Source: Eremomyces bilateralis CBS 781.70
Taxonomy: Eukaryota
NCBI GenBank assembly: GCA_010015585.1
Contig: ML975149.1
Length of the DNA: 50,377 nt
Reading direction: 5' to 3' (one strand)
A program made the position numbers and the translations under genes. Below, in pieces: positions 46,642-50,377 of this stretch (position 1 is its first letter; each line of letters begins with the position of its first letter). The notes under the pieces were generated by a model. The model saw nothing but the letters and a program-made list of their open reading frames with translations. It was not told where the DNA came from and made no database searches.

Positions 46642-46800
46642 TGGTCCTTATGCGAGGTAAAGTCTAATGCAAGGAACAGTTAGGCGTTTTTGCCCCCTGG
46701 ATGTATCTTTTAGGACAATAGAATTCTTGATACTTTGACATTGGACGGCCGATACCAATTTTTTTCGTTCGACACTGAGACATCCCCTAATTCTGTCGAT

Positions 46801-47810
46801 ATGAGGGAACCTACGACCTGCTTTGTAGCGGAGCGACTCAATTCGACGACATTCAAAATCGTTGAGGAGGATCAATATCTCGAGTATCCCCAGGTATTTG
46901 TCAAAATCTTGGATGAAACGCTGGTCATTGTGGACACGGGATGTGGAGGTGCGGCGAAAGGTCCGGATGTGGCCTTGACCTCTCTACGAGAATATCTGGA
47001 GACCGTTCCCCTCGCGGATAATGGAAAGGAGCTGTTGAACCCGGGTGCAAGGCTGAGTTATACAGTAGTGTGCACGCACTGTCACTTCGACCATATCGGT
47101 ACCTCTCTCTTAAGCATTGAGGATGGAGTCTGGTCTGACATAAATAAAGGGGGGTTGAACAATTCGGTGATCATCCCAAATCGTTAATCTGCGCCAGTTC
47201 CTACGACCGCTCGTTTCTTTCTCCTGCGAATCTATCTAGGAACTCACTATGCGAGAACATTGGAATCAGGACACCATTGTATAAGGTGTCGCATTGGCTA
47301 GGCGACGGCCAATTCCTCCAGCACAATTCCCACTCCCTTCCGCTGCAGGTGTTCCATACTCCAGGTCACACGCCAGACGAACTGGCGGCCTGGGATCCGG
47401 ACGAGCGCGTGCTGTTCATCGGTGACTCATTCTATGAATGGGTTCCGATTATCTTCCCCTCGCATGGGAATATGATCCGCTTCAGTGACTCCATCGGTAA
47501 GATGAAGCAGCTCATTGCGGGGTGGAATGCAGATGAGTCGAGCTCCCGGGTCAAAATCGCATGCGGACATGTTACTTACTGCGCGGACGGAGAGGCGATA
47601 CTAAATGACGTGGATGAGTTCTTGTGGCTTGTGGTTACTGGCGCCGTAAAGCCGAAACAGTCGGAAGAGTCCAGAGGCGAGATCTTTGACCTGTATGAAG
47701 GAGACGGTGGGAAGTACTCGATAAGGTGTCCTCGCAGATTAGTGGTCGATTTCCGTGCAGATGAAGAGGCAATGACGAAGCTGAAACGAAGAAATGGTCT
47801 CATTCTATAA
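46801..47810 (+). CDS. Metallo-beta-lactamase-fold hydrolase
   Basis: VDTGCG, THCHFDHIG (HxHxDH), HTPGHTPD, LFIGDSFY, ACGH. One intron ~47099-47149. Confidence 0.93.
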
Positions 47811-47897
47811 ACCATGGATTGTTATTCTGTTCTTTCTTTGGGGTGCGAGCACTGCCCTTCCCGGTGTCTCATTTCCAGAGCTTTAGATCAACTGCCC

Positions 47898-49722
47898 TCA
47901 AGATGACGCATTTCGCATCCTCTGAGCTCTCCTCTCCTCGTGTCCGCTTATCTTCTTCCCCCAGAGATCTTTCCAGACCCAAACCCCCACTATACCAACG
48001 ATCACACCACCAAGATGTGCCGTCGTATTCATAGACTTCACGAAGAAGCCCATGACCTGATCGGCCGCGACAATTGTCGCAAGTAATCCCCAGGCAGGAT
48101 ATACTCCCGGCTCCTTGAAAAACAAACCCTCCAAGGACACCTGGAAAGGTGCGTAAGGGTCGAGCATGTGGAATGCGGCGAGGAAGGCAAAAACCGCGCC
48201 AGAAGCTCCCATGCTGAACACGTTAAACCGCGAGCGTAATGAATAGTAGTACAGAGATCCAAGGGAGGAGAGGACGCCCGCAGAGAGGAAGAGAGGGAGG
48301 ACGAAGCCGCGATTGGTTGCGTCGTGTACTGTGCGTGAGAAACAGGTTAGTATTCTTCCGCACGCGAAGCCTTAAGAAGGGAAACATACATTGGGTGCCA
48401 AAATGCCACAAAATAAACATATTGCCGGCAAGATGGAAGAAACGCTGATGCGAGAACACGCTCAAGATCACGCTCGCGGCCCGCGGAGCCCCGGGCACTT
48501 CCACAAAATATTTGTTTAGGAGCCGCCAGAGTTCGGGACGTCTCCACGCAACGAATACGAGGACGTTGAGACCGATGATAGGTAATAGCGTCGCAGCGCT
48601 GGGAGGAGTTTCGGGAAAGAGACGTTCGGATTGAGGGGCGGGCTCGTAGTAGTAGGCGAATGCAACGCTTCCACCGGTGATGAGAGCCGCGAGGACTGTG
48701 CTACTGAGCAATCTTCGTGTCTAGAGTTTGTTAGCTTCTGTGCGGTACATGAAGAAGAAGGGTTAGCTTACTCTTGATTGATTGGGGGCTGCGGTGTCTT
48801 TGGTGAGAATCGCCTCCTCGTAGTATTTCTGCTTCTTGGCGTCCTTCTCAGGGTTCGCCTCTGTAACTCGCAATCAGCATTTATACTCTACTTCAGGACG
48901 ACTGGGAGACTTACTTTTTACAGCCTCCCAAAACGTGAGCTGCTGACCACCATGTTCCGCCAAAGACGTGCTCTTCCCCTGCTCCAGAGCCTTCCGATTC
49001 TCTTCCTCCTCTCGCAACCTCTTTTCTTCCTGCTCCTTCTCCCACCTTTCTTCATTTCTCTGTCGTACCGCTTCCAGGACGCTCTTCTCCCGCCCCAACC
49101 CTTCAGGTAAGTCCTTCCGATCCTCCTCGACCACCTCTTCGGGCTTGTAGATACCCATACTCCTCGCCCGTTCCGTCAGCTCCTCCTCTTGATGCCTCGC
49201 CAGGTCATCCTCCGCGGACTCTAGCTCGCGAGCAAGCCATTCCTGCGCGTTTGCTTCCTCGTCCATCGGGTGTTGTTCGCGAAGCCAAGCTAAGGCTTGG
49301 AGGCCCACATCTTCGGGTATCTCTGGGAAATAGACGCCCTTTTCGACCAACGACCCATTGGTGCGGCGCAATTGTAGCTTATTCACCACACTCAAAGCGG
49401 TTTCCGCAGGTATCTCCGGGCCAAAAATGTCGTGCAGTGTCGAAGCCGGGGGTCGTATTAATGATGGGTCATCGAGCGGACTCTGGCTCGCCGCGGGCTC
49501 AGTCGGCGTCTTCTTCCGCCGTTTCAACCTCGAACTTGAGGATGTAAACACTCGCGAATTCCCATATGCTGGCCGCTGTGGTAGAAGCGCCTTCAACGGC
49601 CATCTCGAGGTGTGCGACGGGGGGAGCGCATATTGTCGCCAGCACGCTACGCTGGTGCGGCAGATCCAGGAAGGCTGCGGGATGCAGTGAGCTCGACACG
49701 CTATCGGCAGGACATGATTCAT
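47898..49722 (-). CDS. PCP1: Mitochondrial rhomboid protease (Pcp1/PARL-like)
   Basis: Presequence, SVFSHQRFFHLAGNM, catalytic GASGA and AHLGG. About three introns. Confidence 0.92.
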
Positions 49723-50026
49723 TGTTTCTGGACCCAGCGGATGCCGAGCGTTTCAACCGTATCGAAAAATCGGGAGGGGACGAGATTCGTCGGATGCAAA
49801 TGGGTTCGAAGTCTCAAGTATCGGATGGAAAATCCGACCAATCGGAGTCGATGTTCGCCGCATCATTCATCAGCTTCAAAGTCTTTACGAAATGCTCAAT
49901 GAACATCACAATAAACCGACAAACCAGAAGATTTCCTACTCTTAACATAAACTCAAATCACCGAGAAGCCACGGCTCTATCCAACCCACTGAGTTTCCAA
50001 CACCCCCACTCCGCAATCCTATCAGA

Positions 50027-50377
50027 ATGTCCTCTGCATCCCACCCCATCACACCCGCCCGCTTCGCCGCCGCCATCGAAGACCTTCCCCCGGGCCCCCT
50101 CTTCACTAAAGCCTCCGAACTCCAAAACAGCATTAACCACCTCGAGCGCTCGAACGCACAGCTTCTCAACTACGAAGACGACGCCGACTGCCGCGAAGCG
50201 ATCGTGGAGAACGAGGCGGTGATGCAGCGGATGCGAGAGCGGATTCAGCTGTTGAAGGCGGAGGTGGAGAAGAGGGGGTTGCTGTGGATGGATCCGGGGG
50301 AGGGAGAGGGAGGGGGAGAGGGTTTAGTGAATGGGGAGGTGCAGGAAGGGGATACGAACGGAGAGGGAACGGGAGGG
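50027..50377 (+). CDS. Tma17/Adc17-like coiled-coil protein; runs off the window edge
   Basis: MSSASHPITPARFAAAIEDLP...TKASELQNSINHLERSNAQL...DADCREAIVENEAVMQRMRERIQLLKAEVEKRG; family recognised from memory of the motif pattern. Confidence 0.75.
   Translation, partial: MSSASHPITPARFAAAIEDLPPGPLFTKASELQNSINHLERSNAQLLNYEDDADCREAIVENEAVMQRMRERIQLLKAEVEKRGLLWMDPGEGEGGGEGLVNGEVQEGDTNGEGTGG

Overview
Gene-dense eukaryotic DNA from a filamentous ascomycete (Pezizomycotina-type: ~50-nt GT-AG introns with CTRAC/CTAAT branch sites, a HET-domain gene, a fungal P450). About 20 protein-coding loci are supported. Housekeeping genes are THOC3/TEX1, RPL12 (uL11), NUP120, RPL1 (uL1), RIC1, TRP4, mitochondrial uL10m, a glutaredoxin-like protein, PCP1 rhomboid and a TMA17-like protein. 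Accessory genes are a HET-domain protein, an SDR, a fungal TF-like protein, a kelch-like membrane protein, a GPI-type protein, a CYP450, a metallo-beta-lactamase-fold protein and a small secreted zinc-peptidase-like protein. There is also a 480-bp Tc1/mariner-type non-autonomous element and a kinase-like (APH) pseudogene. The most unusual signals are: (1) between NUP120 and RPL1, a TATA-preceded ~290-nt self-complementary ncRNA candidate followed by four ~77-nt tandem hairpin units; (2) a TRP4 whose N-terminus resembles a protealysin-type (M4 protease) propeptide; (3) a secreted bacterial-like LAS/M15-type protein missed by the ORF track. All family assignments come from motif recognition and hand folding; no database search or folding program was run.
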